DNA of 62,545 bases, counting the filler, from Porpidia crustulata (lineage: Eukaryota), in NCBI GenBank assembly GCA_964255105.1. It is 14 parts of 14 records of this genome, joined end to end, with 100 filler letters (N's around TTAATTAATTAA, not from the genome) between each part and the next. Parts side by side here need not be neighbours in the genome. Positions count along the whole stretch, not along the records: positions 35,925 to 40,289 come from CAXUWE010002092.1; positions 40,390 to 44,748 come from CAXUWE010002093.1; positions 44,849 to 49,207 come from CAXUWE010002094.1; 11 more parts are not named here. One strand, given 5' to 3'. Position 1 is the first letter of the stretch, and each line of letters starts with the position of its first letter. Both the position numbers and the translations under genes were made by a program. The notes under the pieces were generated by a model, which saw only the letters and a program-made list of their open reading frames with translations, had not been told where the DNA came from and made no database searches. This document shows, in pieces, positions 36,810 through 48,212 of the stretch.

Positions 36810-38252
36810 ATGGGTACCTCCGAGCCCGACTTCAAAGGGACCTTTCACATTACAATCATCGGCGCCGGATTAGCAGGCGTTTTAGCGGCCATTGCGCTGG
36901 CGAAATCGGGCTACAAGGTCACCATTCTCGAGCGAGATGGCGAGCTTCGCGAGGTAAGAAGAGCCTACAAAGCAAGAGATACCGCACCTCCTTCACTAAG
37001 GCCTTTCTTCAGTGGGGGGCAGGCATACAGATTCCTTCCAATTGCGCCAAGGTGCTTCGCGAGGTCGGAGTTCTAGATCAGGTGCAAGCCCGCTCGACCC
37101 AACCACGCACCCACTCGGTTTTGTCCTACAAGTCGGGCACAACATTGTCCAAGCAGGACATGATCCCCATGATTGAGATGGTCTTCGGAGCTCCGCATTT
37201 GGTCATTCATCGTGCCGTTCTACAAAAGGTCCTTGTACAGCAGGTGGAAACCCTGCCGGCCATCAGTATCCAGCTTGGTGCGATCATCGACCCCACTTTA
37301 TCCGACTTCCGCCAAGGATCCATATGTTTCTCGATCGATGGGAGCGAAACCAAGAAGGTCACCACTGACCTCATCATCGGCGCAGACGGTGAGCGTTCCA
37401 TGTGTCGAGAGATTCTTCTGGGTCGATCGGACCCGCCAAAACCGAGTGGCTACGTCGCATACCGCATGTTAATTGAGGGCAGTAAAATCCTCGAGTCCCC
37501 AGAAACTTCTCTCCACGACCTGGTCAACGATCCCAGCGTGAGTGTCTGGCAGGGTCCCGAAAGCCATGCTGTGGGCTACATGCTCGACGGCACGTTGAAC
37601 CTCGTGCTCTTCAAACCTTCTGCCAGCAGCAGCAGTGGACCTTCCAGCCTCAAACCGGAGTTCGTTGGCGGGGAAGAGCTTCGGTCCCAATTCGTAGACT
37701 GGGAGCCTAGAATCCAGGCTCTGTTGGGGCTGGTGGTCGACTGTATCAAATGGGAGATTTTGGAGACGGAGGAGCTGAAAGAATGGGTTCACCCCAACGG
37801 ACATTTCGTCTTGTTGGGAGACTCGGCACACGCTATGCTGCCTTTTCTGTACGCCTGAGAAATCTACGACTCACCCTACCGAGATACGTACTGCTTTAAC
37901 AGTCTCTGTACTAACGTCGTCCAGCTCCCAAGGTGCCGCCATGGCCCTGGAGTCCGCATCCTTTCTCTGCCACCTTCTCTCGAAAGCCACGAGCCCGACG
38001 CAGATCGCGCCTATCCTTCGAATTTGGAACGAACATCGCGAGCTTCGTGTTAGAAAGGTTATTGAAGGCAGCAAGATGATGGGTCGGTTCTGGCATTCTC
38101 CGAATACGCCGGGACTTCCCGAGGCATCTCGGCCGAAGAACGTACTTGCAGATCCACAATTCCAGATGTGGCTCTTGGGATACGACGTTAAGGAGGATGC
38201 AGAGAAGGCATGGGAAGCATTTCAAAATGGAAGTCTGAATTCCCAGGTCTAA
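36810..38252 (+). CDS. FAD-dependent monooxygenase (salicylate hydroxylase-like), 2 introns
   Basis: IIGAGLAG, (V)GAGIQI, IHRAVL, DLIIGADGERS and LLGDSAHAMLPF..QGAAMALES. Confidence 0.9.
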
Positions 38253-38338
38253 TGGCGGGTCTAAGGACCCTGCCACTCTACACTGTCATCTGTACGTGCT
38301 ACATGTCTAGCGAATTGACCTGTTCCTCGGCTTCCAAA

Positions 38339-39607
38339 TCAAACGATCTTAGCTTTCACGGCAGCGGCTTTCACGGCCGCAACCTCTTCCTCCAGCCCCA
38401 GAATATGAGGCAAAGGCCCCAATGCCGTGATCCCCGCAGGGTTCAGCCTTAGATGGCTCTTTGTATAGTGATTTTTGATTTGCTGAAAGTCCGTGGTGCT
38501 CTTGAAAGCATCTTCACCCCAATAGAGCCGTCGCAGCCATTGGTGGAGAGCAGGATAGCCCGACCGAATATCCCGGATGTTGCACTTGAAGTGCTGGTGG
38601 TAGACGGGATCGAAACGCGCCACTGTGACGTACAGGCGAACATCGGACTCGGTAATGTGCGAACCGTAGTAGAACGGACCCGGGGAGCTGGCTAGGTGCG
38701 CCTCGGCGCGATCGAGCGCAGCGAATAGAGCTGTGACCGCCTCCTCGTAGGCCTCTTGCTTCATGCTAGCGCCGGACTTGTACACACCATTGTTGATTTC
38801 ATGGTAGGTCCAGTCGTTGGTCTCTTCGATGTCCTTGCGCAGATTCGCGGGGAATAGATCGATCTCTGCGTATTTCGCGGGCAGGAACTCGTCGAATTCC
38901 GTGTACAGCATTCTAAGGATTTCGCTGGACTCGTTGCTCACGATCTGGTCGGTCTTTGTGTCGTAGAGGAGAGGTACGGTGTACCGTCCTTTGTACTCGG
39001 GGTCTTGGGCCAGATATAGTTGGGAAAGATGCGTGTATGTAGGATGGATTGGATCTGGACGCATATTCTGCTCAGGCACCGTCTCCTCTGCCGTAGCGAA
39101 GCGCCAGCCTGTTAAAAGAAAAGATTGGTTAATAAGGTCAAGGAAAAAATTGGGAAAAGAAGTTCTTACTCCCGGAGTTGTTCTTGTCCACATTCAGCTC
39201 CAGATGCCAATGAACACAGGTAAACGGTAAGATATCTTCCAAGCCCTTCAACTTCCTCACAATTAGGACTCTATGGGCTGTATCTCCCCAGAGAGCCATC
39301 AGCCTTGCATTTCCATTGTTTTCTGAAAGAAAAGCGACCAGGATTCCCATCGTATTTCTGTTGCTTACCCCAAGGACACGCATAAGACACATAAAGATGA
39401 TATCTGCCTTTTTCCGGCGGGAATTCCGCTCCTGGCTCTTTCGAGACGAATCGACGGAACGTCGAAGCTGCCCGAATGAATTTACCGGTCTTCGCGTCCA
39501 CGTTGGTATGGGTGGCTTGTTCGGACTATTGAATGCTGCTCAGCTTGTGCACCTTATCGAAACCACAGCTCTCTGGTTTCACAAAACATCCGCCTACTCA
39601 CCGACAT
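38339..39607 (-). CDS. ECM4: Glutathionyl-hydroquinone reductase / omega-like GST (Ecm4/Gto family), 3 introns
   Basis: GRYHLYVSYACPWAHR, GRYTVPLLYD, IVSNESSEILRM, INNGVYKSG, RFDPVYHQHFKCN and IKNHYTKSH. Confidence 0.9.
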
Positions 39608-40415
39608 AATTTCTGGTTGTTTTCTGGGTTCAGTTACGTGAATGTCAATTATCAAGAGTTCTCAGGTAGGTCGAGTAGCATTAAGAGGGAGTGAGCGCAG
39701 GTATATATGCCTCTGTACATGTGAGTGAGTGAACGAATGGGGTTGGAACCGCTGCGAACAGCTCTTATTCAGGTAGGCATCCAAGCTGTACTTAGGTCAC
39801 AGGAACACATGACGCACTGCAAAGTAGGCAAAGTTAAGGTGGTGGGATTGACAAGGCCCGCGCTCACCGACCACGAACCAAATGTAGGGTTGTACGGTGC
39901 CACGGTGCCAGGCGGGAATGCCCGCACATGAAACACCCCGGCCCGAGTCGTCTTACCTCTCACCCTCCATCGGCGACAAATGACATAGCTTATCGACCCC
40001 GCACCAACATCACTCCACTCTTTCTTCACCCATCCACACCCGTGCCCCTCATAGCGTGAAACCACCTTGCCACCCTGCCTGCTATCCTAGGATAATCGGC
40101 ATTCACAACTCGTGGTGTTACACCATGCGGTCCTTCGCTCATATACCGGCATAATTTCATGTGTATGCATGTTCGGTAGGAGGATTTATGTAGGTACATA
40201 GGTGTATGTGTGCAGAATGTTCCGATAGGTAGGGTGTATGTACTCTATATGGAAGGGAAGGGACATGTGGACTGCGTGTGGTGTAGGGGNNNNNNNNNNN
40301 NNNNNNNNNNNNNNNNNNNNNNNNNNNNNNNNNTTAATTAATTAANNNNNNNNNNNNNNNNNNNNNNNNNNNNNNNNNNNNNNNNNNNNGTAGGGGGAAT
40401 CTGGAGAAGGCGGGG

Positions 40416-41633
40416 TTAGTTGGGTTGGTTTTGGGTAGGTTGGGCATGCTCGGAAAACTCCTGGGTTTGACTACCTTCTATCGGAACAACAGCAGGAACA
40501 CTCCTGTCTGGTGCATGCGTGTCCAATACTTCATCGATAATGTTTTGGGTGTTCGCCTTTAGCATTTCTCCTAGGCTATTTAGTCGATCTGTGGTCTCTT
40601 CATCCAAAACTTTGCATCCGGCACACCCAGCCGCCATACTAATGACGTTGTTATTGAACGTCCCCGCATGCGCGAGACTCCCAATTTTCGTCGGGTCGAA
40701 CAACGCCATGATGTTCGCCTTTCCCCCAAATGCTCCGAAGCTCATCCCTCCGCCTCCCCATTTGCCCAAGGTCATGAGATCAGGTTGAATGCCTAATTTG
40801 TGACCTAGTCCGCGGTACGAGAGGCGGCTGGTCATGACTTCGTCGAATATGAGGAGCGCGCCGTGGGATGAGGCGTACCCGCGGAGGAATTCCAGGAACG
40901 GCAAGGAGCCGGGGATGGCACCGGCGTTGCCGAGCATTGGTTCGACGAGGATGGCGGCGAGACTATCGGATGGGAGGGCTGAGAGGATGTCTTTGGTTTT
41001 GGCAATGTCGTTATAGATGGCAACGACCCATTCGTGAGGGAGGTTCACGCTCTGGTGAGTTGCTCCAGTGGGCGGGACACGGAATGAGAGTGTGGCTCCG
41101 TGATAACCTCCTTGAAAGACGAGGATTTTCTTTCTGCCCGTCCATACCATTGCCAGGGCCACGGCCATCATGTTTGCCTCTGTACCCGAATTGGTAAATC
41201 TCACCAGCTCCATCGTAGGCTGAAATCTTTGGCAAATCAGCTTGGCCAATTCCTTTTCGTAGATGTTATTCCCCCCGAAGCTCCATCCTTTGTTGAGCGC
41301 TTCATCAATGGCACTGCGGATGGCTGCGTTATTGTGGCCATAGATACCCGCGGTGTACTCGCCAAGGAAATCGATGTAGCTGTGGCCGTCAAGGGAAATC
41401 AGGGTGCCACCATTGCCCGAGGCAAAGGTCATGGGGAATGGATTGGCATGGAGGACAGTGCGTGTATTACCGCCTGGGAGGTGTTTGCATGATGATAGGT
41501 AGGCTTGGTGAGACTTGGGATTGAGCTCGCTGTATGTGGAGTGGACTTGTGCGAGGACCCCTTGGACAGCTTCAATCAGCTTTGGGTGATCGGACTGTGA
41601 CGGACTTGGAATTGGGAGGTGTAGAGTAGTCAT
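40416..41633 (-). CDS. Class III PLP aminotransferase (glutamate-1-semialdehyde aminomutase-like); C-terminus probably lies beyond the contig end
   Basis: LPGGNTR, DFLGEYTAGIYGH, RFTNSGTEANM, GGYHG, LIFDEVMTSR, PLP lysine in DLMTLGKW and HAGTFNNN. Confidence 0.88.
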   Translation of the reverse strand: MTTLHLPIPSPSQSDHPKLIEAVQGVLAQVHSTYSELNPKSHQAYLSSCKHLPGGNTRTVLHANPFPMTFASGNGGTLISLDGHSYIDFLGEYTAGIYGHNNAAIRSAIDEALNKGWSFGGNNIYEKELAKLICQRFQPTMELVRFTNSGTEANMMAVALAMVWTGRKKILVFQGGYHGATLSFRVPPTGATHQSVNLPHEWVVAIYNDIAKTKDILSALPSDSLAAILVEPMLGNAGAIPGSLPFLEFLRGYASSHGALLIFDEVMTSRLSYRGLGHKLGIQPDLMTLGKWGGGGMSFGAFGGKANIMALFDPTKIGSLAHAGTFNNNVISMAAGCAGCKVLDEETTDRLNSLGEMLKANTQNIIDEVLDTHAPDRSVPAVVPIEGSQTQEFSEHAQPTQNQPN

Positions 41634-43820
41634 TTTGATTGTCTGCTACCATTGGGGATGAAGTAAGGGCAGAAAGGGATGCCGGAATGCTGAGCTGGAG
41701 GAGGCGGCTTACCAAGTAAGTAGTGGCATCTTGCACGCAAGAGGCCGACGATCGGAGCATAAGTAAGGTAGTTTAATAGGAGCATTCACCGCTTCGTTGT
41801 CTTCATCCATGCCGAACACGGACCTGCCGGCTCTTTCATTCATCTTGAAATGTTCGTGTCGTCAAAGCTCGCTTCGCTCCGGCGGCACATTGATTTTCCG
41901 CTCTTTCGCTCTGCATGCTGGATCCTGAAAGGGGAGATTGCTGAACTAGGAAGAGCGTCATGGGCACAACTGTACAGTTTCAGGCGGGAGCATTAGATAC
42001 CCCATGCCGGCGGAATTGTGGTTAAATCGCAACACTGTCTATTGATACCAAGCTGAGATGCTATAGGCGAGCAACGAACCTCGTGGGGAATAGACGGATT
42101 TGAGAGCGAATCGGAACTCGCGTTCTACAACCAGTAGTAGAGCTGCCGGCTTCGTCTTTATCGCTTGCGTCTTCTACTGTCAGCCCCACGGATTGCGAGA
42201 GTGCTTGCAAGAGTGCCTGCCAGCAGGTGGGACATCTTGAGGATCACATAAGAGGAATCTAAGCGAGGAGTGACGAGATAGTTCTGTGCAAAACAACGCT
42301 GCTTATATTTTTTCGGCGACGAACCAAAGCGAGAAAGTCTACACAGCATTTATCTACAAGGCTTCGTAGAGCGGAAAGAGCCGGATGTCCTCGAAAAGAT
42401 CGGAGGTCATTGTCAAGACTAGCACTGTTTCACCTACTTTGGGAGAGCCGCTTCGATACCTATTGAAGATGAAAGCATTCATCGAATTGCCGAAAGATCA
42501 TGTTATGGAGGCAATCTCTGAACTGGCTTGGAGAGCACATTTGTGGAGAGTAAAGATCCAAACGCAAACCACATGAGGTATCAGTTCACGTGCGTTCATA
42601 TCAGCAAAACATTCTATCATCGAATTCCTACCATTACTTCGTGGCAATCCGCACACCATGGCTGAATGTGAGTCGTCTTTACGAAAGTTTCGCTTGCTTA
42701 AATGGTCCGCCTTCTTGAAGGAATGCCTGGCTCTTACTACAACCAGAGAGCTCATCGGGTATCTGCGTTCAAACCAGCAGTCTCCACGTACCCCGTGGGC
42801 AATGAATGTAGCAGTGGCACTGTCTGCCCAGAGATCCTTCGCCTGACTGGTATGTAACACTCCTCGCACAAATGACTGTGCTCATGGTATGTTGTCTCAC
42901 CTTCCGTTTATCTGTTTGCACGGGGTATCTCATCTTCTTTGAATGTTTCAAACTTTGAGCTTCCGCCAAGCTGCTCGTGGTAGTTTGGACTACCACTCTA
43001 GAGCTTGCAAATATTTTAGGTCTTTTCGAGCGCCCTTTTCTTCTACGGCCAAGAGTATGGATGGTGGCATATAGCTACCAGATTTGCATTTTTGCACCTG
43101 AGAAAAGGAACGGAAGTTCCCACTGCTATTTGCACGCCATGAAATTCTGACCCTGTTGTCTGTGTTTTCTCTACATTACGTATGGTCACAGTACTACAGG
43201 ATTATTTCTGAAAGGTGTGGATCTTTGTACTGAACTACGCATAAAGGAAAACCTTGAATACAGTTGAGCGAAATTCGACCATGCCATGCTTGGAGGGTCA
43301 CCGTCGGCTTCATGCAATATCACTTGAGGTTTTAGAAGATTCTGAGGATTCTGCTGACCGCCGACGCATGGGTAGTAGAACATTTTGATCGCCCAAACCT
43401 ATGCAACCGCAAACTCATGATTTGGCCTGAGAAGTCCTTCAGTATTGCCGACGCTCGAATAGGATTAGCGCATCAAGGTTGAGCTAACCGCATTTGGGTA
43501 TCAATAGACCAGATTCACAGACACTCGGCTTTCATCCTCAAACCCGATGAACAAGACAAATCCCAACGCCCAAATCTGAAGCAATAAAGAGGATCTGGTT
43601 TGAGAGGGCTTGCCTATCGGTATGACTGGCCGAATGGGCATCGCCAACTACAACAGTTTTGATTATAACGTTATAGCCTGCTACCCCTTTTTTGGAGCTT
43701 CTGAGCATTGGTTGGCGTAAGCTTGCTCTCATTCGAAATGCATCATAAAAACACTATCGGTAACCGATATGTTGTAGCTGTGGCCTGGATCCCTCTCATG
43801 ACATGGCTAGATGCGCCTCG

Positions 43821-44060
43821 CTCAATAATTTCCCTCAATGTTACTATGACCCTTGTTCTCCAGTATCTCTTGATGAAAGCCGTTGTTGAGCCCTCGTACT
43901 CTATCACTTCTTATTGACAAAGATCTTAGTTTTAGAGCCACCGCCCGTGCATAGATTCTTTTTGACGACCCAGTCCTTTATTGATGGTGGTAGTGCCACT
44001 TCACTTTTAGCTCATTGCAATCTTATTGGGGTTCATTGAAACACGGAAGAATCTATAAGA
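43821..44060 (+). promoter_or_regulatory. Pheromone-gene promoter with clustered YATTG(A) motifs and a TATA-like element
   Basis: CTCAATAA 43821, CTCAATG 43834, TTATTGA 43911 and 43978, TCATTGC 44012, TTATTGG 44023, TCATTGA 44033, and CTATAAGA at about 44053. Confidence 0.45.
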
Positions 44061-44319
44061 TTTCTCGAGTCCCTGTCTATAGATCCATTTGCCAGCTCAC
44101 TTATAGTCTTTCCTTACTCATCTTTTCTTCAGCAGTACGAGATCATCTTTGATAGATATCTCCTTCTGGAACTTGCCTTCCTTCTTTTCATCATCCACAC
44201 TCTTTCATACCAAAACATATTTGCTATTCTTGACGGAGATTATCCAACATCTGGACTCGACTCTCGGTATCCAGAACAAACATTTACCCTTAGCGATATC
44301 TTAACGGCATCTTACCAAC

Positions 44320-44748
44320 ATGAAGCTCACACCTATCCTCTGCACTGCCATCCTGGCTACTGCATCAGTCCGGGCCCTACCGATCCAGGAGCCCAACTCC
44401 GATGACCGTCCTGATGTCCAACTGGCAAAGAAAGGAATTGCAGCCCAGGCCAATGCTGATGCCCTTGCCGCTCCTGGCGAAGTCAAGAGAGGCAACATTT
44501 GGTGCTATCTGGCCGGGCAACCATGTTCGAAAGCCAAACGTGACGCTATCGGTCTTGTTGACGCCGACGAATCGGAGGACTCTGCCGGAAATAGTAAGCA
44601 ACGGCCTTCTTCCCACCCCTTTGCTTCCATATAGCATGCTGACCAAATGCTTCACAGACCTTGTTGAGCGTGAACGTGTGCATCTAGGAGGTCTAGGTGA
44701 TGGGTGGTATGATTCTAAGAAATGGCCTCATCTCGCAGGCGAGCCAAT
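44320..44748 (+). CDS. ppgA: Alpha-factor-type mating pheromone precursor (PpgA/Ccg-4 class), 3' truncated; intron 44594-44657
   Basis: Signal peptide, X-A dipeptide run (AQANADA) and a Kex2-flanked unit KR-GNIWCYLAGQPCSKA-KR matching the Pezizomycotina WCxxxGQxC consensus. Confidence 0.88.
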
Positions 44749-45709
44749 NNNNNNNNNNNNNNNNNNNNNNNNNNNNNNNNNNNNNNNNNNNNTTAATTAA
44801 TTAANNNNNNNNNNNNNNNNNNNNNNNNNNNNNNNNNNNNNNNNNNNNGTATATATATATACAGCATATAGATAGCAATGATGTAGACAGCGTATACAAA
44901 GCATGAGATTCTACCAAAACAGTTATATAACAAAAATATCGGCAATTGGGGGGTTATGATTTATCAAACACACATATTTAAAAATATCATCAACATTTCA
45001 TTTACATCTTTCGACCCATCACCCACACAATTTTCAAAATTTTTCTTACTAAAAACATCTTCCCACTGGTGCACATTCACTCTGCATACTCATACCACAT
45101 CCATCAATTACATTTACGCACATGTCATATCCCATATCCCATATCCCATATATCCATACTATAATCTATTCAATCAATCCTAGCCGAATTTTTCTCCTTT
45201 TTCCCCTTTTTCTAATGGATTTCCGCTTCCAACTCGTATTCATCAGATTCAAGTGGTCGAGGTACATCCGTACGATTTTCAAACCCCGGTCGAGATATAT
45301 TTTCAACCTTAGCCGAGCTGAACCCCTGGATATAATCCGCGCCCATCGCGGCTATTCTCTTTTTTTGGGGGAGAATTTGCAATGGGTTTAGGTTTTTTGG
45401 TAGGGTTTGTTTCTGGGGGGTAAGTGGTTATGTTGCTTTGCTTCTTTTCGTTGTTGGTTTTTTTTTTGTGATTGAATCCTTTTTTTCTTCTAGCCTTGTG
45501 CTTCCTTGTGCGTTCTCTTTATTCAATACTCTCAAACCCCAGACAAACCCATAACTCACCCCAACCCCAAAACCTTTCAGCGCCAATCAACAACGCCAAC
45601 CCAAGGACCTCATCATTCTCCTCATTTCCATAATCTCAATTTCCACTTTTACTTTCAATGGAGGTGGTACATTGCAAACCTCAGAACAGCCAAATGACGG
45701 TACTCAATC

Positions 45710-48212
45710 TTACCTCCATACTATAAACCCTAGAATCTTAAATATCACGATCGCAGTCACAAAGAATACACCTGTTCCCTCATGTTTGAAGCTTCTCATT
45801 GATTCTCCCCTAAATACAATGGCGGTGTTGTTCGCAGCCGCCAAGAAGGTAGCCGGGGTACTTCCCACTGCAGTCGTGAAAGGTGATGGTGTGCCGTCGG
45901 ATGATGAAGATAAATTTATGTTTTGGAGCCGATAAGGAGATTGGCAGTATTCGGAAAACTCGATATGTTAGGGGTCGCAATGATAGATTCCGTAGTAGGT
46001 TGTGATGGCCCCGCGAGTGTGGGTTTGGATAATCGAGCTGAAACAGAGGTCTCTTCAGAAGATCTGTCTATCGTCGTCGATAACAGTGTCGTCTCTGCAA
46101 CGGATAGGCCGTCATTAGGTACCAAGTGCGACTGCTGACCGTCTGCTGAGGAGAGCGTTGATGCAAGAGACGAGTCCGCAGCTGTAGATACGAGAGACTT
46201 TGTTGTCAAGCCATTCGAATTCAAACTAATAGACATGGCTGGGACTATTGTCTTATTCTTGCTGAGCAATATCGTTGATTCAGCAACGGCCTCGGTATTT
46301 GGATCTCCTCTAAGAGGTTGATTTCCAATTAATGAGAAAGTAATTGATATAGTCGAAGGTGGTATTGCAAGTATAGACGTTTCAGCGATGTTATCACCAC
46401 CATCGGCCGAGGTCGCCATTCCTAGTGTTGTTGCTGTAGAACCTTCTTGTGACAACGTCATCCCTGCAATGCCTGCGTGGGTATCTGGTGCTACATTGAC
46501 TACCTGATCATTCGTACCCGGGAGAGTAGATGAGACGTCTTATGTGACAGAGTCCCTCGTGCTACTCAACGTATAGCTAGTTGTTGACAAAGCAGGAGCG
46601 CTATGAATCATGATGGAATATCCGCCAATGGTTGCTTGCTGTAGGCTTGAGCTGGAAGTCAAGTTGTATCTTGTCTCCTGTACTGCTCCGCTATACTTAT
46701 TATCTGTTTGAAAACCCAAGCTAGGCTTTAGATTTGAGTCAGACTTGGTCTCTGATGGCGCATTAATGATCTGGCTCGAAGCTGGACCCGGCTGAGAAGC
46801 AGGATCTGTATTGACGGGAGAATCAAGCCTGCTTTCTAAACCAGCGGTACTCTTACTCATGCTCGATACAGGAGCCTGTGGCAGTGGAGCTGATGTAACT
46901 TTCGCTGAGGGGGTTGCACTCGGAATCATGGGATTCATAGTCGATGCTGGGGCAGCGGCGGCTGGAAAGTCCTTCCCCACTTGTGACGTTTTTGTAGTCG
47001 GATCCGGAGTAAGAGGGCCGGAAGCAGGCAGTAGCATTCGAGGTGGATCCCATAATCCGGCGATAGCCGAGCAGGATGACCACGAGGGCTCGAGATTAAA
47101 TATTTCTTGAGGAACTGATAGCAAAGGTTTGCACGGATCGTATGAAACCACTAGATTCAGATATGACGAGTCAGCGTTATCGATCTTGAGGTTTTCAAAG
47201 TTATGTTAGCTATGACCCTTGGAATGTGGTCACAAACCTCCTTCCACATTTGTGACCGTCTTCTGTCCACAATTCCTGTAGATCGTATGTCAGCTATAGG
47301 CCCTTGATATTTATCCATAGCATTGATTACTCTGTAAGATCATGAAGATTCATTGTTGTCCAGGCAATATGATTTATCACCTCATGGAGAGAGATGTGAT
47401 GGGGTATGACAAGAGCGCCAGTCATCAGCTGGTTGGGTAGAAAAGACATAGTAATCATCGGATAAGATGACCCTTTCTGACCACAATGATCAAAAGCGGA
47501 AAGCGACTGGAATGCTATATAAATCGATGGGGAAGTACTGCGCCATGGGTTAATTATTTATCCTTTTCAGATTAGGAATTTCTTACAAGGTAAACCCATT
47601 AGAGACAAGAGTATAGCTGACTTGGTCCTTAATTGATGTGACAACTGTAGATTGACTAATCTTGATGGCACCGATTGAAATGTTTGAATGGGTTGGAACT
47701 TCGGTGTTCGGCCAGGCATACAGCTGGGCCTCGTCCCCTTGAAGACGACAAGTGCCACAACAAGGTGGCTTCGCTACATATCTCCAGCTAGGATCATAAG
47801 AAGCGGCCGATACTAGCGAAGCAGTCACGCCCAAAAGTTTCCTGTCTGGACGATAGCCATTGAAGCTTGTTGTACCAGTGATTGGGCCTGACGCAATATA
47901 CTGCAGGAAAACGGTAGAATATTGAGTACTACATAAGCTTTGGAGGGTATCGCATGGAGTCCCCTCGCATTCCCACGGGTTGATACAGCCCTGTCTCGTA
48001 ACGACAGCACAGCTTCGGCCAACCGCGATGGCGGCGTTGAGATAGGTAGCGTCGTATGAGCTGGAACCAAACCACTTGTGGGCGCATGAAGACGGAACCG
48101 AAAAAGAGATATTTGGTGCATGATCAAATTCAGTGTCAGAAACCAAAGACTGAGAAACAGAAGGTAATATATTGACGGCCATGATGAGTAGAACGAGGTT
48201 GAGTGATAGCAT
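45710..48212 (-). pseudogene. Secreted Cys-rich/Ser-Thr-rich, probably GPI-anchored protein, disrupted by an in-frame stop and a frameshift
   Basis: Signal peptide, PPCCGTC..LYAWP, TSPSIYIAF..AFDHCG and CKPLL..LEPSWSSC..WDPP over 4 exons. In-frame TAA at 46540-46542 with the same frame continuing to 45916. A hydrophobic GPI-like tail lies in a shifted frame ending at 45710. Confidence 0.6.
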
